From assembly GCA_041687695.1 (NCBI GenBank), contig JAWLBL010000006.1:224001-288000 (forward strand): 64,000 nt of DNA, in the 5' to 3' direction. The notes under the pieces are model-generated. The model did no database searches. It was not told the origin of the DNA and worked only from the letters and a program-made list of their open reading frames with translations. Positions within the stretch are counted from its first letter, which is position 1, and every line of letters starts with the position of its first letter. Shown here one piece after another: positions 44,673 to 55,828 of the stretch. The translations under genes and the position numbers were made by a program. This stretch comes from Myxococcota bacterium (GTDB lineage: Bacteria; Myxococcota_A; UBA9042; PHBI01; JAWLBL01).

Positions 44673-47600
44673 TCAGTTGGTGCACCCGAAGATGAACTCG
44701 TGCTCGCACGACGTGCCGTTGATGCAGATGTCGTTGGTGCACGGGTCGCCGTCGTCGCAGCCGAAGTCGTTGGCCTCGCACTTGCCCGTCGCCAGGTCGC
44801 AGGTGACGCCCACGCAGGGCGAGCCCGTCGTGTTCACGCACTGGGCGTCCGAGGTGCACGACTGGTTGCAGATCGTCGTGTTGAAGTGGTCGCAGCCGTT
44901 CGCGTCGCAGCCGTCGACCGTGCAGGGGTCGTCGTCGTCGCAGTCGGTCGGGATGGCGACGCAGGACTTCGAGATCGGACCGCAGACGTAGGTGTTGCAC
45001 GGGTCGTTCTGCGGGCAGCCGATGGCCGGCGGCTCGCAGGGGATGCCGCAGCTCAGGACCGGGATGCTGATGCAGCCCAGGGCCGGGTCGCACACGTCGA
45101 AGGTGCACGGGTCGCCGTCGTCGCACGGCACCGGCGCCTGCTGACACTTGGCGGTCGCGCCCTGCTGCACGCAGCTGTCGATCGTGCAGTCGTTGGCGTC
45201 GTCGCAGTCGCTCAGCTTGGTGCAGGTCGCGCCGCAGGTCGACAGCGCCAGGTTCTGGCAGCCCGTCCCCGGCTTGCAGTAGTCGTAGGTACACGGCTGG
45301 CCGTCGCCGCAGGTCTTCATCGTGTACGTGCACGCGCCGTCCTCGGGGTCGCACAGGTCGTTCGTGCAGGGCTCGCCGTCGTCGCAGCGCGGCGTGTGGA
45401 CGCAGCCGCCGATGGAGTTGCAGAAGTCGTCCGTGCACGGGTTGCCGTCGTCACAGTCGACGCCGCCGTTGATCTGGCAGCCGTTGTTCTTGTCGCAGGT
45501 CGCGTCGATGCAGTCGTTGCCGCCCGTGCAGTCGACGGGCGCATGGGTGCAGGCCCCGGTGTCGGGATCGCAGCTGTCCATCGTGCAGGCGTTCTTGTCG
45601 TCGCAGTCGACGGGCTTCACCTCGCACTGGCCGGTGGCGAGGCTGCACGAGTTCGGGTAGCACTTGTCCTGCGAGGGGCACTCGAGCGGCGCGAACGTGC
45701 ACTGGCCGGTGGTCGGGTCGCAGGTGCCCTGGCTGCACTTGTTGGGGCCGACGCAGACCTTGGGGGCGTAGTTGCACCCGGTGGCCGGCTGGCAGGTGTC
45801 GACCGTGCACGGGTTGTCGTCGCTCGGGCAGGTCAGCGGCGTGAAGGTGCACTTGCCCGTGTCGGGGTTGCACTCGTCGGTGGTGCAGGCGTTGTTGTCG
45901 TTGCAGGTCGGCTTGCTGAAGACGCAGATGCCCAGGGTCGGGTCGCAGACGTCGACCGTGCACAGGTTGCCGTCATCGCAGTCGTCGCTGGTCGCGCAGA
46001 CCGTGAAGCACCCCTCGACCTGCAGGGCCGTGTGCTTGCAGGTCCCGGTCTCGGCGTCGCAGCTGTCCGCGGTGCAGTCGTCGCCGTCGTCGCACGGGTT
46101 CTGCTCGTGCACGCAGCCAGAGCCGACCTGGCAGCTGTCGACGGTGCACTCGTCGCCGTCGTCGCAGTCGGAGGCGGGCCGGGGCGTGTAGACGCACTCG
46201 CCGGTCTCCGGGTCGCAGGCGTCGATGGTGCACTCGTTCGAGTCGTCGCACGTCTCGGTGACGTGGGTGCACGACGGCTTGGTGGGATCCTCGGGATCCG
46301 GGACGCCGGGGTTGCACAGGTCGACCGTGCAGGGGTTGCCGTCGTCGCACGCCTGCAGCTGCTCGCAGGTGCCGGTCGCGCTGACGCAGACCGACGCGAA
46401 GCACGGGTCGGTCGACTCGCAGACGACCGGCTTGTGGGCGCACTGGCCGCTGGCCAGGTCACACGAGTCGATGGTGCAGGGGTCGCCGTCGTCGCAGTCC
46501 TTGTCCGCCGTCGTGCAGATGCCCGTCGTGGGGTTGCAGGCCTCCACCGTGCACTCGCTGGCGTCCTCGCACTTGTTGGTGAAGACGCAGCCGGTCTGCG
46601 CGTTGCACAGGTCGTTGGTGCAGATGTCGTCGTCGTCGCAGACGACCGGCTCGTGCGAGCAGGCGCCGGTGACCGGGTCGCACAGGTCGGTGGTGCAGGC
46701 GTTCGAGTCGTCGCAGGCGCTCTGGGTCATGCACCCCTGGACCGCGTCGCACCCGACGATGGTGCAGGTGTTGCCCTCGCCGCAGTCGATGTCCTGGTAG
46801 TCGCACTGCCCGTCGGACGGGTCGCAGACCTCGGTCGTGCACGAGTTGTTGTCGTCGCAGGTGCGCGGCGTGAACGTGCAGCCCGTCTCCGGGTTGCAGC
46901 TGTCGATGGTGCACAGGTCGTCGTCGTCGCAGGTGATGAACGCGTGGACGCAGCCCAGGCTGGGCACGCAGGTGTCGGTGGTGCAGGCGTTGCCGTCGTC
47001 GCAGGCGATGGCTTCGTTCACGCACTCGCCGGTCACCGGGTTGCAGGCGTCGGTCGTGCACAGCGTGCCGTCGGCGCAGTCCTTGCCGACGTACACGCAG
47101 TCACCCGTCGCCGGGTCGCAGGTGTCTTCGGTGCAGGCGTCCGAGTCGTTGCAGTCGATGCCGTCGAACGAGCAGTTGCCGGTCTCGGGGTTGCAGGTGT
47201 CGATGGTGCAGGGGTTGTCGTCCTGGCACTCGATGAACTCGTTGACGCAGCCGGCCGCCGTGCAGGTGTCGGTCGTGCACGGGTTGCCGTCGTCGCAGTC
47301 GCTGCCGGTGAACACGCAGCCGACCGCCGGGTCGCAGGTGTCGACCGTGCACGGGTTGAAGTCGTTGCAGGTCACCGGGCTGCCGCAGCCGACGTCGGGG
47401 ATGCAGGTGTCGAGCGTGCAGGCGTCGCCGTCGTCGGGGCAGACCACGGCCGGGTACTCGTCCGGGCACTCCCACGAGCCGTCGCCGACCTCGGTGCAGC
47501 CGTCGACGGTGCACGGGTCGTCGTCCGCGCAGGGGTTCGTGTAGACGCACTCGCCGGTCTCGGTGTCGCACAGGTCGAGGGTGCAGGCGCTATCGTCCGA

Positions 47601-49523
47601 GCAGTCCTTGGCGACGTGCGTGCAGACGCCGGTCGCCGGGTCGCAGCTGTCGATGGTGCAGGGGTTGCCGTCGTCGCAGGTGGCGCCGTCGTGGCTGCAG
47701 CCCGTGACCGGGTCGCACACGTCGGTCGTGCAGAAGTCGCCGTCGTCGCAGACGGTCGGCTGGTTCTTGCAGCCCTGGAAGGGCGAGCAGGTGTCGGTCG
47801 TGCAGACGTCGCCGTCGTCGCAGTCGGTGGGCGTGTCGAAGACGCAGTCGCCCGTCTCGAGCGCGCACTCGTTCTCGGTGCACAGGTCGCCGTCGTCGCA
47901 CGAGGCCGCGGTCGAGGTGCAGGCCCCGGAGCCGGGGGTGCAGGCGTCGACGGTGCACAGGCTGCCGTCCGAGCAGTCCTTGGGCTTGATGCTGCAGCCG
48001 CCCACCTGCGGGTCGCAGTAGTCGGTGGTGCAGGGGTTGCCGTCGTTGCACTGGGGCGCGAGGTGGACGCAGGCGCCGGTGAGGTCGTAGCAGGCGTCGG
48101 CCGTGCAGGGGTTGCCGTCGTCGCAGTTCTTGGGCTTGCTCGTGCACAGCCCCGTGATGGGGTCGACGAAGTCGGTCGTGCAGGGGTCGCCGTCGTCGCA
48201 GTTGACCAGCTTGCAGGTGCAGGAGCCGTCGAAGCTGTTGCAGAAGCAGGTGGTGTTCACGTCGCCGTCGTCGCAGGTCACGGTCGCGTGCTGGCAGCCG
48301 GTCACCGGGTTGCAGCTGTCGGTCGTGCAGGGGTTCAGGTCCTCGCAGGTCTTCGGGGTGAAGACGCAGCCGCCCTTGGCCGGGTCGCAGGTGCCGATCT
48401 CACAGGGGTTGCCGCTGTCGCACTGGAGCAGGCTGTGCGAGCACTCGCCGGTCGCCGTGTTGCAGCTGTCGAAGGTGCAGGGGTTCTGGTCGTTGCAGTC
48501 GCCGACGAACTGGCACTTCTTCTTGCACTGTTCCGGCTCGGTGGTCGGCGTGTGCTTGCAGCCGGTGACCGGGTCGCAGGTGTCGATGGTGCACGGGTTG
48601 TTGTCGTTGCAGGCCAGGCTGGCCGTGAAGACGCAGGTCAGGGTGTCCTGGTTGCAGGAGTCGTTGGTGCAGACGCTGTTGTCGTCGCACTGCTCGTCGA
48701 TGAAGCAGCTGGTGCAGTCGTCGATGGGCTCGAAGACGCAGGGGTTCTGCGGGTCGGCGGCCAGCGGATCGCAGTACTGAGTCGTGCAGGCGTCCAGGTC
48801 GTCGCAGTTGAAGGGCGTGTAGACGCAGGGGCTGGCGGGGTTCGGCGCGTTGTTGTCGCAGTACTCGACCGTGCAGGGGTTGCCGTCGTCACAGACCACG
48901 CCGTCGCAGGGCTTGGGCGGCGCGCAGCCGGGCAGGGCGGTGTTCGTGGGGTTGAGGCAGCCGGCGCCGTTGACGCAGTAGTCGTCGGTGCAGGGGTCCT
49001 CGTCGACGCAGTTGGCCTGGCTGAAGCAGTCCTCGGAGCCGGCCGGGCAATCGTCGTTGGACAGGCAGACGATGGGCGGGTCCACCGGGCCCTCGTCCTG
49101 CTCGACGTCCGCGTCGGCGTCCGGGGTCGAGGTGCCGTCGTCCGAGCCCTCGTCGGGGACGATGTCGGCGTCCGTCACGTCGGCGTCCTCGAGCGAGACG
49201 TCGACGTCGGCCACGTCGGGGTCGACGTCCGGGACGTCGCTCGTGTCGGGCAGCACGTCCGCGTCGCCCGGGTCGACGTCCGGCACGTCCGGGGTCACGT
49301 CGGGGCCGAGATCACCGGGATCGGCGTCGGGCGTGTCGTCGCCGCCCTCGTCGCGATCGGTCACGTCGCCGCCGGCGTCGTTCTTGGTGTCGGGCGAGAC
49401 GTCGAGGTCCGGCACGTCCACCCCGGGCGTCGTGCCTGGCTCCGTCGTGCAACCTGCGAGCGAGGTGAAGATCGCGAGCGCGCTCGCGGCGACGATCGAA
49501 GCGGTTCCCTGTCTGAACAACAT
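44673..49523 (-). CDS. Giant Cys-rich repeat lipoprotein (about 1616 aa, about 54 CDDGNPCTxDxC repeats)
   Basis: Lipobox LAGC after ATG 49523; Asp/Pro-rich linker; Dictyostelium-type repeats to the C-terminus. Confidence 0.92.
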   Translation of the reverse strand: MLFRQGTASIVAASALAIFTSLAGCTTEPGTTPGVDVPDLDVSPDTKNDAGGDVTDRDEGGDDTPDADPGDLGPDVTPDVPDVDPGDADVLPDTSDVPDVDPDVADVDVSLEDADVTDADIVPDEGSDDGTSTPDADADVEQDEGPVDPPIVCLSNDDCPAGSEDCFSQANCVDEDPCTDDYCVNGAGCLNPTNTALPGCAPPKPCDGVVCDDGNPCTVEYCDNNAPNPASPCVYTPFNCDDLDACTTQYCDPLAADPQNPCVFEPIDDCTSCFIDEQCDDNSVCTNDSCNQDTLTCVFTASLACNDNNPCTIDTCDPVTGCKHTPTTEPEQCKKKCQFVGDCNDQNPCTFDSCNTATGECSHSLLQCDSGNPCEIGTCDPAKGGCVFTPKTCEDLNPCTTDSCNPVTGCQHATVTCDDGDVNTTCFCNSFDGSCTCKLVNCDDGDPCTTDFVDPITGLCTSKPKNCDDGNPCTADACYDLTGACVHLAPQCNDGNPCTTDYCDPQVGGCSIKPKDCSDGSLCTVDACTPGSGACTSTAASCDDGDLCTENECALETGDCVFDTPTDCDDGDVCTTDTCSPFQGCKNQPTVCDDGDFCTTDVCDPVTGCSHDGATCDDGNPCTIDSCDPATGVCTHVAKDCSDDSACTLDLCDTETGECVYTNPCADDDPCTVDGCTEVGDGSWECPDEYPAVVCPDDGDACTLDTCIPDVGCGSPVTCNDFNPCTVDTCDPAVGCVFTGSDCDDGNPCTTDTCTAAGCVNEFIECQDDNPCTIDTCNPETGNCSFDGIDCNDSDACTEDTCDPATGDCVYVGKDCADGTLCTTDACNPVTGECVNEAIACDDGNACTTDTCVPSLGCVHAFITCDDDDLCTIDSCNPETGCTFTPRTCDDNNSCTTEVCDPSDGQCDYQDIDCGEGNTCTIVGCDAVQGCMTQSACDDSNACTTDLCDPVTGACSHEPVVCDDDDICTNDLCNAQTGCVFTNKCEDASECTVEACNPTTGICTTADKDCDDGDPCTIDSCDLASGQCAHKPVVCESTDPCFASVCVSATGTCEQLQACDDGNPCTVDLCNPGVPDPEDPTKPSCTHVTETCDDSNECTIDACDPETGECVYTPRPASDCDDGDECTVDSCQVGSGCVHEQNPCDDGDDCTADSCDAETGTCKHTALQVEGCFTVCATSDDCDDGNLCTVDVCDPTLGICVFSKPTCNDNNACTTDECNPDTGKCTFTPLTCPSDDNPCTVDTCQPATGCNYAPKVCVGPNKCSQGTCDPTTGQCTFAPLECPSQDKCYPNSCSLATGQCEVKPVDCDDKNACTMDSCDPDTGACTHAPVDCTGGNDCIDATCDKNNGCQINGGVDCDDGNPCTDDFCNSIGGCVHTPRCDDGEPCTNDLCDPEDGACTYTMKTCGDGQPCTYDYCKPGTGCQNLALSTCGATCTKLSDCDDANDCTIDSCVQQGATAKCQQAPVPCDDGDPCTFDVCDPALGCISIPVLSCGIPCEPPAIGCPQNDPCNTYVCGPISKSCVAIPTDCDDDDPCTVDGCDANGCDHFNTTICNQSCTSDAQCVNTTGSPCVGVTCDLATGKCEANDFGCDDGDPCTNDICINGTSCEHEFIFGCTN

Positions 49524-49732
49524 ACGGCCTCCCCCCCGGGACACGGCGGACCCTCGACACTGCTGGCCCACGGCTGGCGCACACCATAGCCGTGACGCCG
49601 CGCTCGCCGCAACCGGTCTGCCGAGCCGACCCGGACGCGGCGAAACCCGCGGGGAACCGACCAGACCCACGGGCCGCTCCTTGACACGCGCCCGTGCCCG
49701 ACGTTGCCTTGCCGCCGGAGGTCGCGCCGCAC

Positions 49733-50530
49733 ATGTTCTCGGACCACAGGGTCGCCGTCGTCATCCCCGCCCGCGACGAGCAGCGTCTGCTGCCGCGGGT
49801 GCTCGCGGGCCTGCCGGCCTGGGTCGATGACGTGGTGGTCGTCGACGACGGGTCGACCGACGGCACCGCCGCCATAGCCCAGCGCTGGGGCCCGCCGGTT
49901 CGCGTGGTCCGCCTTCCGGTCAACCGCGGCGTCGGCGCGGCGATCGCGACGGGCTACCGGGTCGCCCTCGAGGGCGGCGCCGACGTGGTCGCCGTCATGG
50001 CCGCCGACGATCAGATGCGCCCCGACGAGCTGTGGCGCCTGGTCGGGCCCGTGGTCCGCGGCGAGTGCGGCTACTGCAAGGGCGAGCGCCTGGGGCACCC
50101 CGAGGTCGGCCGCCGCATGCCGCGCGCGCGGCGCCTGGGCGTCGTCGGGCTGTCCTGGCTGACGCGCCGGGTGGCCGGCCTGCCGGCGCTGGCCGACGCG
50201 CAGTGCGGCTTCACCGCGGCCAGCGCCGCCGCCCTGCGCGCCATCCCGCTCGAGCGCCTCTACCCGCGCTATGGCTACCCCAACGACCTGTTGGTGATGC
50301 TGGCGGCGGCCGGCGTCACCATCGCCGAGCGCACGGTCACGCCCGTCTACGCGGACGAGTCCTCGGGCCTGCGGCCCGCGCTGGCGCTGCTGACCCACTC
50401 GTTCGTGCTGGCGCGCGCCGCCTGGTGGCGTTGGGCCGGCGGCGCGCCCGGAGCACGTCGGGCCGACGCGGCGGACCCGGTCTCCGAGTCTGCGCCGGAC
50501 CCGCGCCGCTCCGCCGGCCAGCGCGCGTGA
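49733..50530 (+). CDS. Family 2 glycosyltransferase
   Basis: VVIPARDE, VVDDGSTDGT, NRGVGAAI, ADDQM, DAQCGF. Confidence 0.9.
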   Translation: MFSDHRVAVVIPARDEQRLLPRVLAGLPAWVDDVVVVDDGSTDGTAAIAQRWGPPVRVVRLPVNRGVGAAIATGYRVALEGGADVVAVMAADDQMRPDELWRLVGPVVRGECGYCKGERLGHPEVGRRMPRARRLGVVGLSWLTRRVAGLPALADAQCGFTAASAAALRAIPLERLYPRYGYPNDLLVMLAAAGVTIAERTVTPVYADESSGLRPALALLTHSFVLARAAWWRWAGGAPGARRADAADPVSESAPDPRRSAGQRA

Positions 50531-51555
50531 GGCGCCTCGGCGTCGTCACGACCAGCTGGCCCAGCGAGGGGCGGCCCTGGGCCGGCCACTTCGTCGCCGA
50601 GCTGACGGCCCGCCTGGCCGCCGACTTCGCCGCGGTCACCGTCGTCGCCCCGCGGCTTCGTGGCGATGGCCGGCTTCTGGCGCCGCCGGACCTGAGCGTG
50701 CGCGAGGCGCCGCTAGGCCTGCCGTCGGTCGGGCTGGCCGGCGCCGACGCGGGGACGGCGGTCCGGGCGCTGACGGCGCTCGCGGGCGCGGCCCGTTCGG
50801 TCACCGCCGATCTCTGGATGGCGCACTGGTGGCCAACGCGCCTCGCTCTGCGCCCCTCGGCGCCGGTGCTGACGGTCCTCCATGGCTCGGACGTGGACCG
50901 GCTCGAGGCGTGGCCCGCGCTCGTACGGCGGACGCTCGGGCGCGCGATGGCGCCGGTCGCCGTGGCGGACGGGGTGGCCCGGCGTTGGGCCGACGCGACC
51001 GGTGCCCCGACGCCGCCGGTCTGTCCGCTCGGCGCCGATCCGGTCGCGGCGGCCACCGAGCTGCCGGCCCTGTGGCGTCTTCCCGGGCCGCGCGTCCTGA
51101 CGGTGGCGCGACGGGCGTCGGGGAAGGGGCTGGACGCCGCGCGCGAGGCGGCCCGACGCCTGCCCGGCGTGCGTTGGCTGGTCGTGACGGCGCCGCCGGG
51201 CCTGCCGCCCGAGCGTCTGCGCGGGCTGATGGCGGCGGCCGACCTGGTCGTCGTGCCCAGCGAAGCGGGCCCGACGCTGCCGGCGGAGGGGCGCCCCTAC
51301 GTCATCGCCGAGGCGCTGGCCTGCGGCACGCCGGTGGTGGGCGGTCCGAACGCGTCGGTGCGTCAGGCCCTGCTCGAGGCGGGCCAACGCGCCGTGGCCG
51401 CCGCGGGCCCCGAGGCCCTGGCGAGCGCCGTCTCGGCCGCGCTGGCGCCGAAAGAGCACGCCACGCTCGCGGCTCGCGCCCGGGAGGCCTCGGTGGCCGT
51501 CCGCTGGGCGCGCTGCCTGCCGGCGTGGCGATCGCAGCTGACCCGGATCGGCTAG
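50527..51555 (+). CDS. Family 4-like (GT-B) glycosyltransferase
   Basis: GTGA overlap; TTSWP..GHFV, LHGSDV, ADLVVVPS..EG.P.VIAEALACGTPVV. Confidence 0.8.
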   Translation: MRRLGVVTTSWPSEGRPWAGHFVAELTARLAADFAAVTVVAPRLRGDGRLLAPPDLSVREAPLGLPSVGLAGADAGTAVRALTALAGAARSVTADLWMAHWWPTRLALRPSAPVLTVLHGSDVDRLEAWPALVRRTLGRAMAPVAVADGVARRWADATGAPTPPVCPLGADPVAAATELPALWRLPGPRVLTVARRASGKGLDAAREAARRLPGVRWLVVTAPPGLPPERLRGLMAAADLVVVPSEAGPTLPAEGRPYVIAEALACGTPVVGGPNASVRQALLEAGQRAVAAAGPEALASAVSAALAPKEHATLAARAREASVAVRWARCLPAWRSQLTRIG

Positions 51556-51656
51556 CGGCGCTTCTTGCCGCTCTCGATCTTGCGCTTCTCGCGCGCCTTC
51601 TTCTTGTTCTGCGACTCGATGTTGCGCATCTTCCGGCTCTTGTCGCCCTTGCCCAT
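51552..51656 (-). CDS. Small basic protein, 34 aa (MGKGDKSRKMRNIESQNKKKAREKRKIESGKKRR)
   Basis: SD gagga 4 nt before ATG; every codon ends in G/C; below the ORF-track cutoff. Confidence 0.7.
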   Translation of the reverse strand: MGKGDKSRKMRNIESQNKKKAREKRKIESGKKRR

Positions 51657-51749
51657 GTCGTCCTCGCTGGTCGTGGTTCAGGTCCCCCGGAGGGGCCGCG
51701 GAGTATAGGGGCGACGCTTCGCGGGCGCCAACCCCGAAAGCACGCGTCG

Positions 51750-52487
51750 CTACTCGAGCGCGTAGACCTTCAAGTTGTCGAAGTACACGTTGGCTTCCCA
51801 GTTGTTGAAGCCGAAGTAGTTCCCGCGGACCGGGTTCGCGTCTTGGTAGCTCATGTGGAGCTGGCCGTCGCGGAACCAGTAGACGGTGTCGCCGGCGCGC
51901 GCGATGGCCCAGCGATAGGTCTTCGACGGCTCGACCTTGGCGGCCGCCTGCTCCTTGCGGTCGTCGCCGTGCTCGTCCTGGCGCGCGATGATGTCCAGCC
52001 GGTTGGTCCAGCCGCCGTTGACCAGGATGTAGCCGGCCTCGTGCTCGGGGCGCTCGGCGAAGATCTCGGCCTTGAGGTCGCCGGGGAAGGGCTTGCCGCC
52101 GGGCAGCGGCTCGCTGCGCGCGTCGAACTCGACCCGGGTCTCGTCGGGCAGCTCGCGGGTCAGCCACAGGCCGTCGTTGCGAGCGCGCGTGCTGTGGGCC
52201 CAGCCGCCCTCGATGACCCAGCCGGCGTGGTCGGTCTTCCACGCGTCGCCGAAGGTCGCCCGCTCGAAGTCGTCCTCGAAGACCAGCTCGCCGCCCTCGA
52301 GCAGCGTCCGCGGGTCGACCGCGGGCCGCTCGTCCGCCGCGGCGCCGCCGGCCTGGGTGGCCGGCCCGGTCGCGGGAGCGCGGGGCGGGATGGCCTTCTT
52401 CTCGCACCCGGCGAGGGGGACGAAGGCGAAGGTGGCGGACAGTCCGAGGGCGCCGAGGCGCGTCAGCAAGGGCGTGAGGGCGTTCAT
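51750..52487 (-). CDS. Lipoprotein with beta-sandwich (ConA/LamG-like) domain
   Basis: Lipobox LAGC; LVFEDDFER, W.IEGG, FGFNNWE..VYFDNLKVY. Confidence 0.75.
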   Translation of the reverse strand: MNALTPLLTRLGALGLSATFAFVPLAGCEKKAIPPRAPATGPATQAGGAAADERPAVDPRTLLEGGELVFEDDFERATFGDAWKTDHAGWVIEGGWAHSTRARNDGLWLTRELPDETRVEFDARSEPLPGGKPFPGDLKAEIFAERPEHEAGYILVNGGWTNRLDIIARQDEHGDDRKEQAAAKVEPSKTYRWAIARAGDTVYWFRDGQLHMSYQDANPVRGNYFGFNNWEANVYFDNLKVYALE

Positions 52488-52534
52488 GGCACCAGGCGGG
52501 CAGGGGGCGTCGGCCGCCGCAGGGGCGGGCGGAC

Positions 52535-54547
<2,013 letters not shown>

Positions 54548-54678
54548 GGAGGCACGCTAGCACCCGGGTCCGTGAGCGTCAAAGAAACCCTCGGGCAGGC
54601 GGGACCAAAATGTCAAGCGGTGACGGGCGGTTAGTCGGCCCCGCGCGAGGCGTCGCCGGCGGCCGGCGCCGGAACGCG

Positions 54679-54715
54679 GAAAGGGCCCGCAGGCGCTTGC
54701 TCTGCGGGCCCTTTG
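54679..54715 (-). terminator. Terminator after tRNA-Leu(CAA)
   Basis: aaagggcccgcag/ctgcgggcccttt stem. Confidence 0.75.
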
Positions 54716-54724
54716 CTGCGTGAG

Positions 54725-54810
54725 TGCCGAAGGTCGGGCTCGAACCGACACGGGACGTGATGCCCACCGGATTTTGAGTCCGGCGCGTCTACCTGTTCCG
54801 CCACTTCGGC
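54725..54810 (-). tRNA. tRNA-Leu(CAA), CCA not encoded
   Basis: gccgaag acceptor, ccgga-ctCAAaa-tccgg, long variable arm, ggttcgagccc. Confidence 0.96.
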
Positions 54811-54969
54811 GCGCGCGACACCATAGTCGGCCGGCGGGCGAAGTCAATCGCCACGCGTGCCACCTCACGGCGCTCCGGGGCCCGGGCCGTGCGCGCACCG
54901 CCCGTCCAAGCACGGGTTGTTGCGACCCCGCGGGGCCCTGTGCCATGGTCCGCGCTCCGGAGGTGACCG

Positions 54970-55812
54970 TTGCTCCTCAACAAGACCCTGGGCGTTCTGG
55001 GCGCGGGGAACATGGGCGAGGCGCTCATCCGCGGCGTCCTCAAGGCCTCGCTCATGCGGCCGGCGCAGATCATCGCCTCGCGCCGCAGCGACGAGGCCCT
55101 GGTCCGGCTGCACACCGAGCTGCGCGTCCGCACGACGACCGACAACGGGGCGCTGGTGCGTGCCAGCGACATCGTCATCCTGGGCGTCAAGCCGCAGGTG
55201 CTGCTCGAGACCGTCGCGGCCCTCCGCGACGCCTTCAACCCCGACCAGACCGTGGTCAGCATCGCCGCGGGCATCCCGGTCGCCGCCATCGAGGCGGCCC
55301 TGGACAAGCCGGTGCCCGTCGTCCGCGTGATGCCAAACACCCCGAGCCTGGTCGGCGAAGGCGCCAGCGCTTACTGCCTGGGCACCTACGCCGACGCCGC
55401 CCACGCCCTCGAGGCGGCCTCGCTCTTCAGCTCCGTCGGCATCGCCCTGCAGGTCGCCGAGGAGCACATGGACGCGGTGACGGCCCTGAGCGGCAGCGGC
55501 CCTGCCTACATCTTCTATCTGCTCGAGGCGCTCTACCGCGGGGCCGAGGACGTCGGGCTGCCGACCGAGCTGGCGCAGGCCCTGGTCAAGCAGACCGTGC
55601 TGGGCGCGGCCCGCCTGGTCAGCGACACCGGCGACGACCCGGCCGATCTCCGCCGGCGCGTCACCTCGCCGGGCGGCACCACCGAGGCGGCCCTGCGCGT
55701 GCTCGAGCGCGGCGGGTTCCAGGACCTCATGCGGGGCGCGGTGCAGGCGGCCTGCGACCGTGGCCGCGAGCTGGGCCGCGCGCTGGCGGCCGAGGCCCGC
55801 GACGACGACTGA
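54970..55812 (+). CDS. proC: Pyrroline-5-carboxylate reductase
   Basis: GAGNMG, GVKPQ, RVMPNTP, ALSGSGPAY, VTSPGGTT; TTG start with SD ggagg. Confidence 0.96.
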   Translation: MLLNKTLGVLGAGNMGEALIRGVLKASLMRPAQIIASRRSDEALVRLHTELRVRTTTDNGALVRASDIVILGVKPQVLLETVAALRDAFNPDQTVVSIAAGIPVAAIEAALDKPVPVVRVMPNTPSLVGEGASAYCLGTYADAAHALEAASLFSSVGIALQVAEEHMDAVTALSGSGPAYIFYLLEALYRGAEDVGLPTELAQALVKQTVLGAARLVSDTGDDPADLRRRVTSPGGTTEAALRVLERGGFQDLMRGAVQAACDRGRELGRALAAEARDDD

Positions 55813-55828
55813 CCCAACGGAGGCGAAC

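Noticed and set aside
44700..49589. 1629-aa antisense ORF and other long antisense ORFs (e.g. 39904..43305, 58109..61798)
   Set aside because: Expected stop-free shadows of high-GC3 genes; no motifs
51552..51656. Calling the small ORF bTHX
   Set aside because: Only the first six residues match; the RGKI..G..GK core is absent
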